Shown: piece after piece, positions 41,701-53,700 of the stretch | Numbering within the stretch: the first letter of the stretch is position 1 | Layout: every line of letters begins with the position of its first letter | Assembly: GCF_001447785.1 (NCBI RefSeq) | Contig: NW_015175988.1 | Location: 657,286 to 721,285 of the forward strand | Source of the DNA: Gekko japonicus | Lineage: Eukaryota | DNA: 64,000 nt | Reading direction: 5' to 3' | Made by a program: the position numbers and the translations under genes | The notes under the pieces: model-generated | Seen by the model: the letters and a program-made list of their open reading frames with translations, nothing else | Told to the model about the DNA's origin: nothing | The model's database searches: none

Positions 41701-44700
41701 TCTTCCTCGCCAGCATCTCTGTGCATTTCTGGGTAAAATGTTAAAGGTTATGGCATTACTTTTTTTTTTAAAGTTACAACTGAGGACATTCTATTACAGT
41801 TCTTCTAAGAGCCTTTAAAATAAATCAAGCAAGAAATGTTTTAGCTGTTCCACTCTGAGTCCCAAGTAGTCAAAACTGAGTAGTTCTCATTGATAAAGCA
41901 CCATCACTAGGCAGTCAGAGAGGAGCCTCATCCAGTGAGGGATTTACAGCTTTAGTTTCAAGACACAACACAGAAAGAAAAGGTGAACGTGAAACCTATT
42001 ACTAAGCCCCAGCCAATCTGACTACGTAACACATATGTTTGTGTGTCCCTAGGCTATTCTCATCAAGTCTTATTTTACTTTAACTTACAAGCTCATGAGT
42101 AACATATTATATGAAAGGCATCAGTCATATATAAACTGTCTTCTAACTACTTAAAGTTATGACAGTTAATGCATTACCAGCTAACTGGAATTCTGCTTCC
42201 AGAAAGTGTTCACTAGACTACTGTGTTTCTATACTACTTGCTTTGAATATTTGGTTGTCATTGTTGAAAAATATTAATATGCTGTACCTTGCCTAGGAGG
42301 AAAAAAGCATCAGACTGATTTGGAACAGATTGTAAATGAACATCAGTACTGAGACTATCCAAGGAGACTATCACCTGGGTGCCTCAGTGTTACTACCCCT
42401 GTACATCTAATTCGGTTGAAAAACAGGAGTGGACAATCACATTCATGATATATCACACCCGGCTCTTTGGGTGTGCTAAAATCATTGTGCTAATAGTTTT
42501 CAGATCAGTGGTTTTGGGTTTTAAAAAAATTATTATCATTGTTATTATTTTATTAGATGTACTAATTGCCCTGTCCCAGCTTACACCGAGCTCTGGGCGA
42601 TGTACAAAAGGTAGCAATGCCATAAAATTTACAAAAACATTAAAATTCATTATACAACTTAATAAAAATTACAACACAGAGTAAAAGATCCAAGATGGCA
42701 TCCTATAATATTATTTATCCCAATTCTGGACTACCAGCCCTTTTCTGGGCAGTCACTGGGGGTGTGGAGGGGGAGGAATTTGTGAATTTCCTGCATTGGG
42801 CAGGGGGTTGGACTAGATGACCCTGGAAGGTCCTTCCAACTCTATGGTTCTGTGATTCTATTTTATTTCGGTTTCAATTGGAAGTGATTTTTAACTACTA
42901 TTGTAAGTCGCCTTGAACCATGAGAAAAGGCAGTGTATAAAAGTTTTAATAGACCAATCAATATTCAAGTGTGATGTAGTGTTCAGAGTGTTGGACTAGG
43001 ATCTTGGAGACCCACGTTCGAATTCTCACTCTGCCATGGAAGCTGTCTGGGTGACCTTGGGTCAGTCACATCCTCTCAGCCCAACCTACATCACAGGGTG
43101 GTTGTGAAGATAAAATGGAGGAGAGGAGAGGATGTAGATCGCCATTATAAATAAAGTAAATAAATAAAAATAATTTCTGCAGCTTTGAATTTGTTTGAAT
43201 ATAGCATTGAAATCACACTTTATTTTTCTCTAATTATATATTTGAGTTCAAGTATTTGTTGGTTTGGAGTCATAAAATTAACACTGGGTACTTTAAAAAT
43301 GTTATTCACTAAATATGTCAAAATAAGTATGTCAAATCAGATCATGCTCTATTTCAGGTACTGGAAAATTTTATGATTCATATTTTCCAAGAAAATCCAC
43401 ATCACTGGTCTCTGTTCAATTTTGTTATTTGTACTATAAATTTAAAAAGAAATACATGAAAGTTTACATTCTTGTGTGTTGGATGTTGTTGTTTTCATGC
43501 CTTTTAAATACATATAATTCTACTTTATAACTAAGAAACAAAATAAGTTTGGTAACTAAAATCCTTACCTCTGCAATTTCTTTCTATTTTAACTTCTGTC
43601 CGTTCTTCTGGCTTCTTGCTGTTGTTTTCTGATCTGCTTGTTTTATCTGCACTGCCGTGTCCCAGAATAGCATCCAGTTCTCTAAAAAACTTCATACTTT
43701 TGCTTGTGTTGCCTGAAAACTGAGCATTTTTTACACTCTTATATTCATGTTTTAGATTTTTATATTTTGTCCTGCACTGTTTCCAATCCCTATCAATTCC
43801 AAACTTTTGAAGTCTAGCAGCAACATGTTCAAATATTCTTTTGTTTCTCACTGTTCCTTCCAGTTGCTGCTGGATGCTTTTGTCTGACCACACGCGTATT
43901 AGAGCTCTCACTTCGTTGACAGTCCAATGTTTTCCTCCTTCATTTGCTACAGACGGAATAAAGGGTGGGTGTTTTGAAGTATCTAGTATTGCTGTTGGGT
44001 TACCTGCATCAGGTAGGATAGGAGAGAGACATAGATATGTATTACCTGCATTGGGTAGGGTGGGGTCAGGATCAGGTAGAGACAGTGAGAGAGAGAAGTT
44101 TTGTTAACTTTTTTCCCTTGCCAAGAATATTCAGGCAAACCTCAAAAAACAAACTCAAGATACAGGACAGATTTTTAATATACACGACTGATTTTAAAAT
44201 ATTTCACACTAGGTTAGTATTATAAGGATTATGAAAGTTAAAAAAAAAAAATCCCAAAGAGAAATGGAAGCTGACTGTTCTGTGATGGTCGTTGTCTCTG
44301 AATTCCATATGTACAATTAAGCCTACTATACAGGAATAACACTTTGAGTTAAGGGCAAATCAGCCACCCGTCTGTAACAGTTTTTTGAAGCAGTACATAC
44401 TCTTTCAGTACTGATTTTTGCATTTCACTGTTAAGTAGATTTGAGTTGTTCCATATATTAACTAGTTAATTATCTGAATACCGGAAATTATGTGGGATAA
44501 GTTGGTTATGTGGTCATATACACACATACTTAACAGTGCAATCCTAAGCAGAGCTACACCATTTTATATGTGTAAAAGTGAATGGGCTTAGAAGGGTATA
44601 ACTCTGTTTAGGATTGCACTGAACATTCTTGTTATTTCTGTGTTTCAGATTAATATATAGAAGATATCTGTTATACAACAGCTGGGATCCAGAGTACTCC

Positions 44701-47700
44701 ATGCGTGCATATAATTGTTTTTCAGCTTCCTTTTTCTGGTAGCAACACACTGAAAAGCCTTCCTAAAGTCAAAGTATTTTACTTTGACTTTGCCTTCCTG
44801 AACATCAGGGACCGTTTAGTACCACATGAGATGTGGAAGAGTACTGCTAGAAGACAATCCTACAAGCATGTGGATGAGCTCTATGCATAAGAGGAGCTGC
44901 CTGGATCCTGGACTGTGAAGGGAAAGGAGCTTGAGTATGTTTTGTGTATCCCCCCCCCAAACTAATCTCCCTCTGAATAGCATATGTGTCCCATTTGTTT
45001 ATCTTCATGCACTCCTATAAAAGCAAATAATTATGTCTTATAGTTTATTAAGAAACTACCACCAGTTTTGCACAAGTAGACAATGAGAAACCAACCTCAG
45101 ATCTTAGCTACACACTCTGTAGCAGTGGTCCACAATGTGGAGCCCATTATCCAAAGCAAAGAGCCAGTCCTGGTTTCCCTCCACCTCACTGGAGCATGAG
45201 ATATCTCAGAAGAGCCCAGGAAGCATGATTAACAACCGCCTTCATCATAGGAGGATGTTTATAATGCAGCTTCCTGATATTTTGAAAGCAGTCCCAACCC
45301 CCGGGCATCTATTTTTTGTGGTTGGTTGTACCCTCTGTGACAGCCATTTTGTGATAGCATCCCTTCATATTCTTAGAATTCCAAAAGTGCCCACAGGTTT
45401 GACAAGGTTGGGGACGCTTACTCTATAGTCTTCTGCAATTGTTTCTTCCATTGCTTACACAACACACAGAATCATCATGGTGTAATAGAGTGTCAGACTA
45501 GGTTCTTGGAAACTTCAGTTTGAATCCCCACTCTGCCATGGAAGCTTGCTGGGTGAGCTTGGGCCAGTCACTCGCTCTCAGTCTAACCTACCTCACAAGG
45601 ATAAAATAGAGGAGAATGATGTAAGCTACTTTAGGTCCCCGTTGGGGAGAAAGGCAGGATATAAATAAATTTAAAATAATTTAAAGAAATATAATTCCTG
45701 TGCTCTTGAAAAGACCTAGGATATTTCTTCTCACGCACACATCATCATTCATTACCTAGCTGGATGGGCCTGCAATGAGAAATAAAAAGTAATGGATTTG
45801 CAGAAGCGTCTTCCTCATCTTTAAGTAAGGCTTCACCTGGAAGGAAAAAAAGAAGAGATTTAGTATGTAGAAAAGTCAGAGAACATGTTGAAATATACTG
45901 TGAATGATGTACATGGTAGATTCTGGTAACGACCCACCATCACTGGATACTTCATTTACATCTTCTGGATAGGACTAGGGTTCATGACTACCTTAAACAT
46001 TTAATCTTAAATCATTTAAAAAATAGCTGAGACTGAGAATGGAACATGGACTAAAGAAGAGTCAGAAGTAAAGGACTCCTTGCAGTTCATTTCCAGAAAG
46101 GGAAATGTTTTCTACTTAGTGTATCATTATGTTGTCAGGCTGGATGTTACAGGGAGGTCATGTAACCCAGCAAAGGACTGTTCATCCTCTTACATTCCTT
46201 AGGAGCATCAATGAGAAGCTTCTGGTTCCCTTGAAACCACTATATACACATAAGGCGTGTTGCTTTCACTTGTCTCTCCTGATCAGTCTCAATATTATTA
46301 GCTACTTTAATGTATTATAGTGTATCGAGGGCATTGATGGAGATGTTTTCTGATACAACCAGTATGTTTGGCAAAACATATGCAAGCCAAGCAAGCTTTA
46401 ATCATAACAAATTCTGGGTAGTCAGTATATTGCCAAACAATGATGGGCTGTCCTTCCTCTATGAATCAGGAAAAAAACACAACAAAACAGCTGTTTGGTG
46501 CCTCTGCATAAAACATCCAGAAAATCTCACTGTTCTAACAAACTGACACTAAAAGCGGTTCAGGCAGTTTTCAATTTATGTTTTTGGAATCCGGATGCTT
46601 AGTTGAACTGAAATTAATAAGCTATGTAACTCCAAAACTGTCCAATTACAGTTGATGTGTTTTGTTCAGTCAGTTGAGTTAGGAACTCTGCCAAAAACAT
46701 ACAGGAATAAAACCTGCAGTGGTAAAATGTGGCCCACTCCAGGAAGAAATGAAAGTGTGTAGTTATTCACAAAAGTGGCTACAAGTGCCTTCTTCTTCTG
46801 CAATTCAGTCCCGTTCATACTGGCCTTTCTTCATGCAGTCAGGCATCCCTGTGCACAGGGGTGAGGAGGAATTTGACATCATGAAACAATCCACAGTTCA
46901 TAAAAGCCAAATCTGCTTGTTTCATTAAGATAGAATGATATTTCTGTAAGAACTTGACATGGATTAACAGTGCTATCCCTCAGCAGAGTTGCACATTTCT
47001 AATATGTTAATTCTGCTTATGATGGCACTGTAAACCTCCTTCAACCTTCTTCTAGGAGAAATCTCTGGAACATGAGTAGAGCAGGGCTTTTTCCTGGCAC
47101 GGGATCACAGCCCTAATAGCCAGTGTCTGTATTGGATGCTTCATTGCTGTATTCTCTTTGATGACAATACTACTTCATGAACATATGTGTGCAACACAGA
47201 GACTGAGCTCTTGCAGGAAATTTTAATGTACTAACTAGCCCTAAAATGTAACTGAATATCACTCTGTGGAAGAGTTAAAAGAATGCAGAAGGGGGAAAGG
47301 CACTTAATCCCCCCTCCCCAATAAACATCTGTGTGATCCATGGTAATGGTTCCTTTAAATTAGGGGTCTTTGTTTTTCATGTGAATGCTAGAAAATGAGG
47401 TGTGGTGGGCTTATATAGCTAAAAGGTTTTGAGAGAAGGATTGAAAATTGTGTTGCTGTAGTCCAAGCGACAGCCAAAAAATGTGAATTGTCTAAGCAAG
47501 ACCTCTAGACATTTTCAACTGTTTCTTTGGTAATTTCTCTCAAAGGGATGATGACTTCTTGGCAATTCTTTTGAAATGCAGCCCCCCCCTCCCCAACATG
47601 TAACCTTAATTAGTATTTGTTTTTGGAAGTCTATAGGTAATGACTTTGCATTTTTTATTTAACACACACACACACACAGCCAAGTGTGATGGGCATTTTT

Positions 47701-50700
47701 TGCCCTTATTGTTGAAAGTAGATATCTGACAGAGAATGCTTTAAAAAGACAAAACAGAACAGCAATTTAAAATATTCTCCCCAAATGTGATGCAAAAGTA
47801 AATCTCATATTAGAGAGAAATAGTACAGCAACTGCCTTCTTTTATTATTTTTGTGGGGGGGCTGTTTGTTATTTTTGGCCTTTCTAAATTTTATTTTCGG
47901 GTTTTTCTTTTTAAGGAACAAGCAAAAATAGATTTCATGGCATGCCATCTTGGAGGGCTGGGGGTAAAAGATGACAGCTGTCAGAGTACGAAGCTGCTTG
48001 GTGTGACATTTCAGTCCTTGACAATCAAATGACTTAAAAACCACATTGTACCTGTGTGTTTTTTTTTAATTTTTAGCCTGTTAGCAGTCATCCAGAGCTC
48101 ATGGGGGGGGGGGGGGGGATGAACTGCAAAAGGAACAACATTTCCTCCTCATTCCCAATGTGCGACTTTCAATCCTGGACCTTTTTATTTTCATTCCAGC
48201 TCTAGATAAATTTCTCATTTAGAGCAGCTGAAATCTTTGTACCGTACATTACTCATCCCACAATTATTTTTTCCCTTGCACTGGACAGCTGCAAAAAATG
48301 TGATATCAGCTGTAAAAGATAAATCACCAGTAAAAAAAAGCAATAGAACCGGAGGGAGGGCCCTGCTGGGTTTGCTCCCCCTTTACAGAAATAGTATCTC
48401 CTGAATCTGACTGTAGCAGCTAGTTTAACTTCATCAGGTTTATGTATTTATAGAAACGCTAGTGTGCATAGCCACCCCACCCTGCACGCACACAAACACA
48501 CGCCGACAAGGAGGGAGTGAATTAAGTCAGTTTGTTCTACCAACTGTGCCATCTGTGGTGTATTATGTGGCTTTGAATCATGGAAGCCTCTAGGTATTTT
48601 AGGTAAAAAAAATAAGAAGGAAAGAGAGCTTTTTTTTACCTTCATTGTTCTCTCTGGTGGCATTTATGATCTCATTTGCTGAGCACCTGCCGTTTTCTTC
48701 CTCTTTTAATTGTGTGACAGGTTCATGTTGCAATATGGCATCCAGTTCATGGAAAAACTTCATGGTCTTTGTAGCATCTCCTGAGTTGTGGGCATATTTA
48801 ACTGTCCTATATTCATATTTCAGGTTTTTATACTTTGCACGACATTGTTTCCAGTCTCTGCAGATCCCCAACTCCTGCAGCCTTTTAGCAATGTAAATAA
48901 ATATCCCTTTATTCCTCAGTGTTCCATGGAGTTGCTTTCTGATATTTTTTTCTGACCAGACGCTTAACAAGGCTTTAACCTCCTCTTCAGTCCAGTGCCT
49001 TCCTGCTCCACTCTCCATGTTGAAAGTGACCTGGAAATGATTCACTATTTCTAGCCAAGATTTTGTTTCCTAGGAAACCAGACGGCTGGTTGTCAGTAAG
49101 CTCTACAGAGATGAAAGGATCTAGTTTTACTGGCTCAAGCTGCCTGAGGGGAGTAACTTGAGAAACTGCCAAATAAGCAGGTTCTGCATTTGAGGCAGGG
49201 AAAATAAAGCAGCTCAGGCGCAAATGATTGCAAAGTACTTTAATAATCGGCATCTAGAATAAGCTGCCTTCTGTTAGATAGAATTCTGAGCATAACCAAG
49301 TTATTTAAAACCCCTTTGCAGTAGACACGCTCTGATAAAAAACCTGGATTTGTTCTACGGTGTATTTATCCTGAATCATGATAGATTTGCACCCTGTTTC
49401 TTTTAAGAATTGCTAGCAATCCAGTGCCTTTCATTTAAATAGAATTTTTATTCTATAGCCCTAGGAGCACTACCAAAGTCTGTGATTCATAGACCACACG
49501 TGGCACAATCCTGTGCATGTGTACTCAGAAATAAGTCCCACTATCTTCAATAGTGCTTACTCCCACGTAAGTGTACATAAGACTGTACCCTTAATTCTGC
49601 AAGTTTACATCTGTTCAAGGTTACTCTGTTGTAAAGACAAAGCTACCAGTTTAGGTAAATTATGGACACGCATTTAGACATTTCATGGTTCGTATCAACA
49701 GAAAAGCTATAATTTTGTATTTTGAGAATTTGTGTTAGTACTTTTCTCAGGTAAAGAGCATTTGATTCTAGCAATTATATACTATTTTACAAACAAGAGC
49801 TTTTCTGTAAATCTATTAAAAACTCAGCATATCAATTCTTGCTGAATCTGTATGCATGCTACTAAAAACATACTTTGTTATGTATGTTTGAGGGGCCATG
49901 GCTCAGTGGTAGAGCATCTGCTTGGCATGCAGAAGGCCCTAGATTCAGTCCCTAGCATCTTCGGTTAGAAAAAGAAGAGGATAGATTGGATTTATACCCT
50001 GCCCTTCACTACCCAAAGGAGTCTCAGAGCGGCTTACAAACTCCTTTCCCTCCCCCTCCCCACAACAGATACTCTGTGAGGTAGGTGGGGCTGAGAGAGC
50101 TCTGACAGAAATTGTTCTTTTTCAAGAACAGCTCTGACAGAACTATGGCTTGCCCAAGGTCATCCAGCCGCTGCAAGTGGAGGAGTGGGGAATCAAACCT
50201 GGTTCTCCCAGATCAGAGTCCGCGCACTTAACCACTACACCAAACTGGCTCTAAAAGGGTCAAGTAGTAGGTGATGGGAAAGATGTCTGCCTGAGACCCT
50301 CGAGAGCCACTTGCCAGTCAGAGTAGACGTTACTGACCTTGAGGGACCCAAGAGTCTAATTCATGTGTTCATATGTATAAGGCAAACTGCAAGTTCCCTT
50401 AAACAACCAGTATGCTACTTTACATGTATGAAAAGAGGGTACCTGAGATCTCTGAATGTTGAATAAGACTCTCCGTTTATCCAGTGTGCATAGAAGGAGT
50501 TACATATCAGCAAGTATCGTTTGTGCAGAAAGCACATGTCTCAGGGGTAGAGCATCTGTTTTTCAGGCAGAATATTCCAGATTCAACCCATGGCATCTCC
50601 AGTTAAAAAGATCAGGTAGGAGATAATGTGAAAGACCATTACCCAAGACCTTGGAGAGCCTTTGCCAGTCAGGGCAGAACGCACTTGTGAAGAACTGGGC

Positions 50701-53700
50701 TAGTGATTCTGAAGAAGAAGCAGAAGAAAAATTGATAAATTGCTTGGATGTAACTTGCATGTTTTTTTAATCCCAGGCCAGAGTTGGCTGTCAACACTGT
50801 AACCAAGTTTAGGCCCTGGCAGCTATATAAGTACTATTTTGTTCCTCTTTGGAGAATACAACCTCACTTGGGGAAGGGGGGTTTCCACAGCCATCCATAC
50901 AGATTTATTTCCTTGCTATTTGTCACACATTCAATTGGATATTTATTTAGATTACCTCAGTCAATGCTGAATTGCAGTTCTCTGTCTTTTCTGGAGGACT
51001 TTTAGATTAAAAGGCATGATTGGAAGATTGAGTGCAATGGCAGTTGATGTTGTTTGGGGAGAGAGGGGGGGGAGTTTCCTGGGGAATCTGGAGGGGGGGA
51101 AACCTTAATGATGCTTCTGTGTGAAACAGACTAGGAAATGTCTGAATAGCAATAAATTACAGTGTATACATTTAATAGCCTCAGGTTTGATATGAAAAGC
51201 AAATAAAGTTATTAAAGGTTAGGAGACTGTGAATGAAACCCCAACCAGTGTGACTACTTTTTAGGTCCACTGAAGTCAAATGAGTTTAGAATGGTATAAC
51301 TGTTTAGGATTATGCTGTGAGGGGTGTTTTTCAGAGGTCATTTGTTACACTGCTTAGTTGGTTTGTTGGGACTGAAATGCTCTAAACCTTCATAATTTTG
51401 TTCTGTTATTAATTACGATTTATATTGGATACACTTCTGTTACAGTCTAACCTTTTTTCTTTTTTTTTTAAGAAAACCCAATTCCTATGTCTGTAGTCTG
51501 TCCATTATTTCAGGTTTAGCTGGTTATAGTCTCTTGTAGACCAAAAATACGAGAATTGTAAAAATGTATATCCATTTTAACCTTGAAAAGGGTAAATTAG
51601 TGGACACAGAGTTGTGGATGCCCCATTCAAAACCCAAACTGCTGCTTAAACACAGAGTTTATTTAAAGGCAGGAAAAACAAGGGGGTTGGGGAGTTTAAA
51701 GTATATTAAGTGTCCTGAAGTCAGGACAAAGGGAAAAGTAAGCCTCTTTACTCTCTGAATTCATTAGCTCCGGGGAAGTCTGGATACTGTCTGTAGATTA
51801 GAGCCAGGGGTCATTTCGTAGAAAAAGAGCTAGGGGAACTCATTAGCATAACTCATTAGCATATGCCACACACCCTGACATCACCGGAAGTGTGTCATAA
51901 GGCCACACACCCCGCCCCCAATGGTCCCGGCCGCTGGCGCCGGCCTTGTAGCTCTACTGCCGAACCCCATGAGGGGCCCGGCGGTGGACCTGCAAGGCCG
52001 GCGGGAGTGCAAGGAAGCCCCGCGAAGGCCCTCCCTGGTCCCAGGCAGGCAGGGGTGGGGAGAGGCAGGGAGGAAGCAACTTACCCTCCCTCTTCTCCTG
52101 CCTCCTCCTGGCTGAATGAGGGCCTGAAGCGGGGCGGCCGGAAGCGGGGGGCGGGGCTTCATCATGTGCCCCGTCCCCCATACCTCACTCGGGGGAACTG
52201 CGATCCCCCGTGATTCCCCCCGAAATGACCTCTGATTAGAGCAAGCATAAAACATCCCTGTGGAGTTAGTGCTGAAGTGAAATATGTGGTGAGGTCTCCC
52301 TCCTTTATGGGTTCAAGGAAGCAGCCTTTCCTCACTGCAACAGCAGAAGTCCCATGAGCACTGTGGATCAAAGGCCCACACCCGAAGATGGCCACTCTTC
52401 TGCCAACTGCCCTTCGCACTGTTCCACAGGCTGTCTTCTCCAGAACCTCTTCTTCCATCGAAAAGCCCTCCCCTCCTCAAGGAAAAACCAACAACCCAGA
52501 CTTCTGCTCCTCTCACTCTCTCTCCCTTGGAGTTAACCCCTCTTCTCCCATCCTGTTGCCTGGCAACCCACTCACCCAGCCTATGTCATAATCACCTCCC
52601 TCTAGAGGGCAGTGTTTCCAGACCCACTTTGCAAGGAACAACAGGTTGCAAACATTTTGAATAACAAGCAAAACATTTTTAAAGGCTCACATACAGTGTT
52701 CCCTCTAAGCTGAGTTAGTGTGAGCTAGCTCACAGTTTTTTAGTCTCCAGCTCACACATTTTTGTCTTAGCTCAGGAAGGATGGCTTCAGAGCAAACTAA
52801 TGTATGCAATAGCCAAATCACTTGCTCACAACTTTAATGCCAGTCGCTCACAAAGTAGAATTTTTGCACACAAAACTCCACAACTTAGAGGGAACATTGC
52901 TTACATATATGGCACCTGACAATGATTTACCCTAGGGTTGCCAGCTCTGGGTTGGGGAATTCCTAGAGATTTTAGGGGGGGAGAGCCTGGAGAGAACAGC
53001 GGGGTATAATGCCGTAAAATCAACCTTCCCACGCAGCCATTTTTCCAGGGGAACTGGAGACCAGTTGTAATTGTGGGAGATCTCCAGTTACCAACTGGAC
53101 ACTGGCAACCCTAGTTTGCCCATGTGTGCTTGAAGAAATAGTGGGGAAATGGATTGCACAGTACTTCACATGGTAGCAGAGAGCTCTAAGACAGAAAATA
53201 TGCATGACCTTTGGAATATGTCTGAAATCTGCTGGACTTCTCCAGGCGCTGCTTATCCCATTCCTGAGTGTCCAGATCAGAAGACTGCATTCAGAAATGT
53301 ACTGAGCCTACAAGTTCAAACCAACAAGAGACAAGCATTGTCTTCTCAGGAAGATGTTTTAATGTGGGATCTCCTGGCTTTGATTCTTCACTTCTTTCCA
53401 TAGTGAGGGGAGTGGATGACAGGATTTGTGACTTCAGTCTCCTAGTCTGAGGGGGCAAATACTCAGTTGGATTCAGTCACTTTATTCACTTAATTTCACC
53501 CAATTCACCTCCTTACTACAACTCCCATTTTATGTTGCTTTTGTGCATTCAGGTGCCATAATCGCCAGCACAACCTTTTTGGTAGTCAAAGGGAACCCCC
53601 TCCTTCTAATTGTCTGAACAGACTCTAAATGGTCTGATCAAACTTAGTGAAATACTGATTTCGGAGACCCAAACGTTTGAACTACATGCTGGAGAGAGAT

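Noticed and set aside
21975-49045. The three Myb/SANT ORFs as independent Harbinger transposons
   Set aside because: I found no flanking TIRs or TSDs and no DDE transposase ORF; the ORFs are bounded by splice sites and linked by in-frame exons.
49892-49965. tRNA-Ala-like sequence
   Set aside because: Degenerate B box and stems, and it continues into a SINE body after an insertion; a SINE head, not a tRNA gene.
51863-52255. GC-rich ORF cluster or apparent CpG island
   Set aside because: Lies within a TIR- and TSD-bounded non-autonomous transposon.
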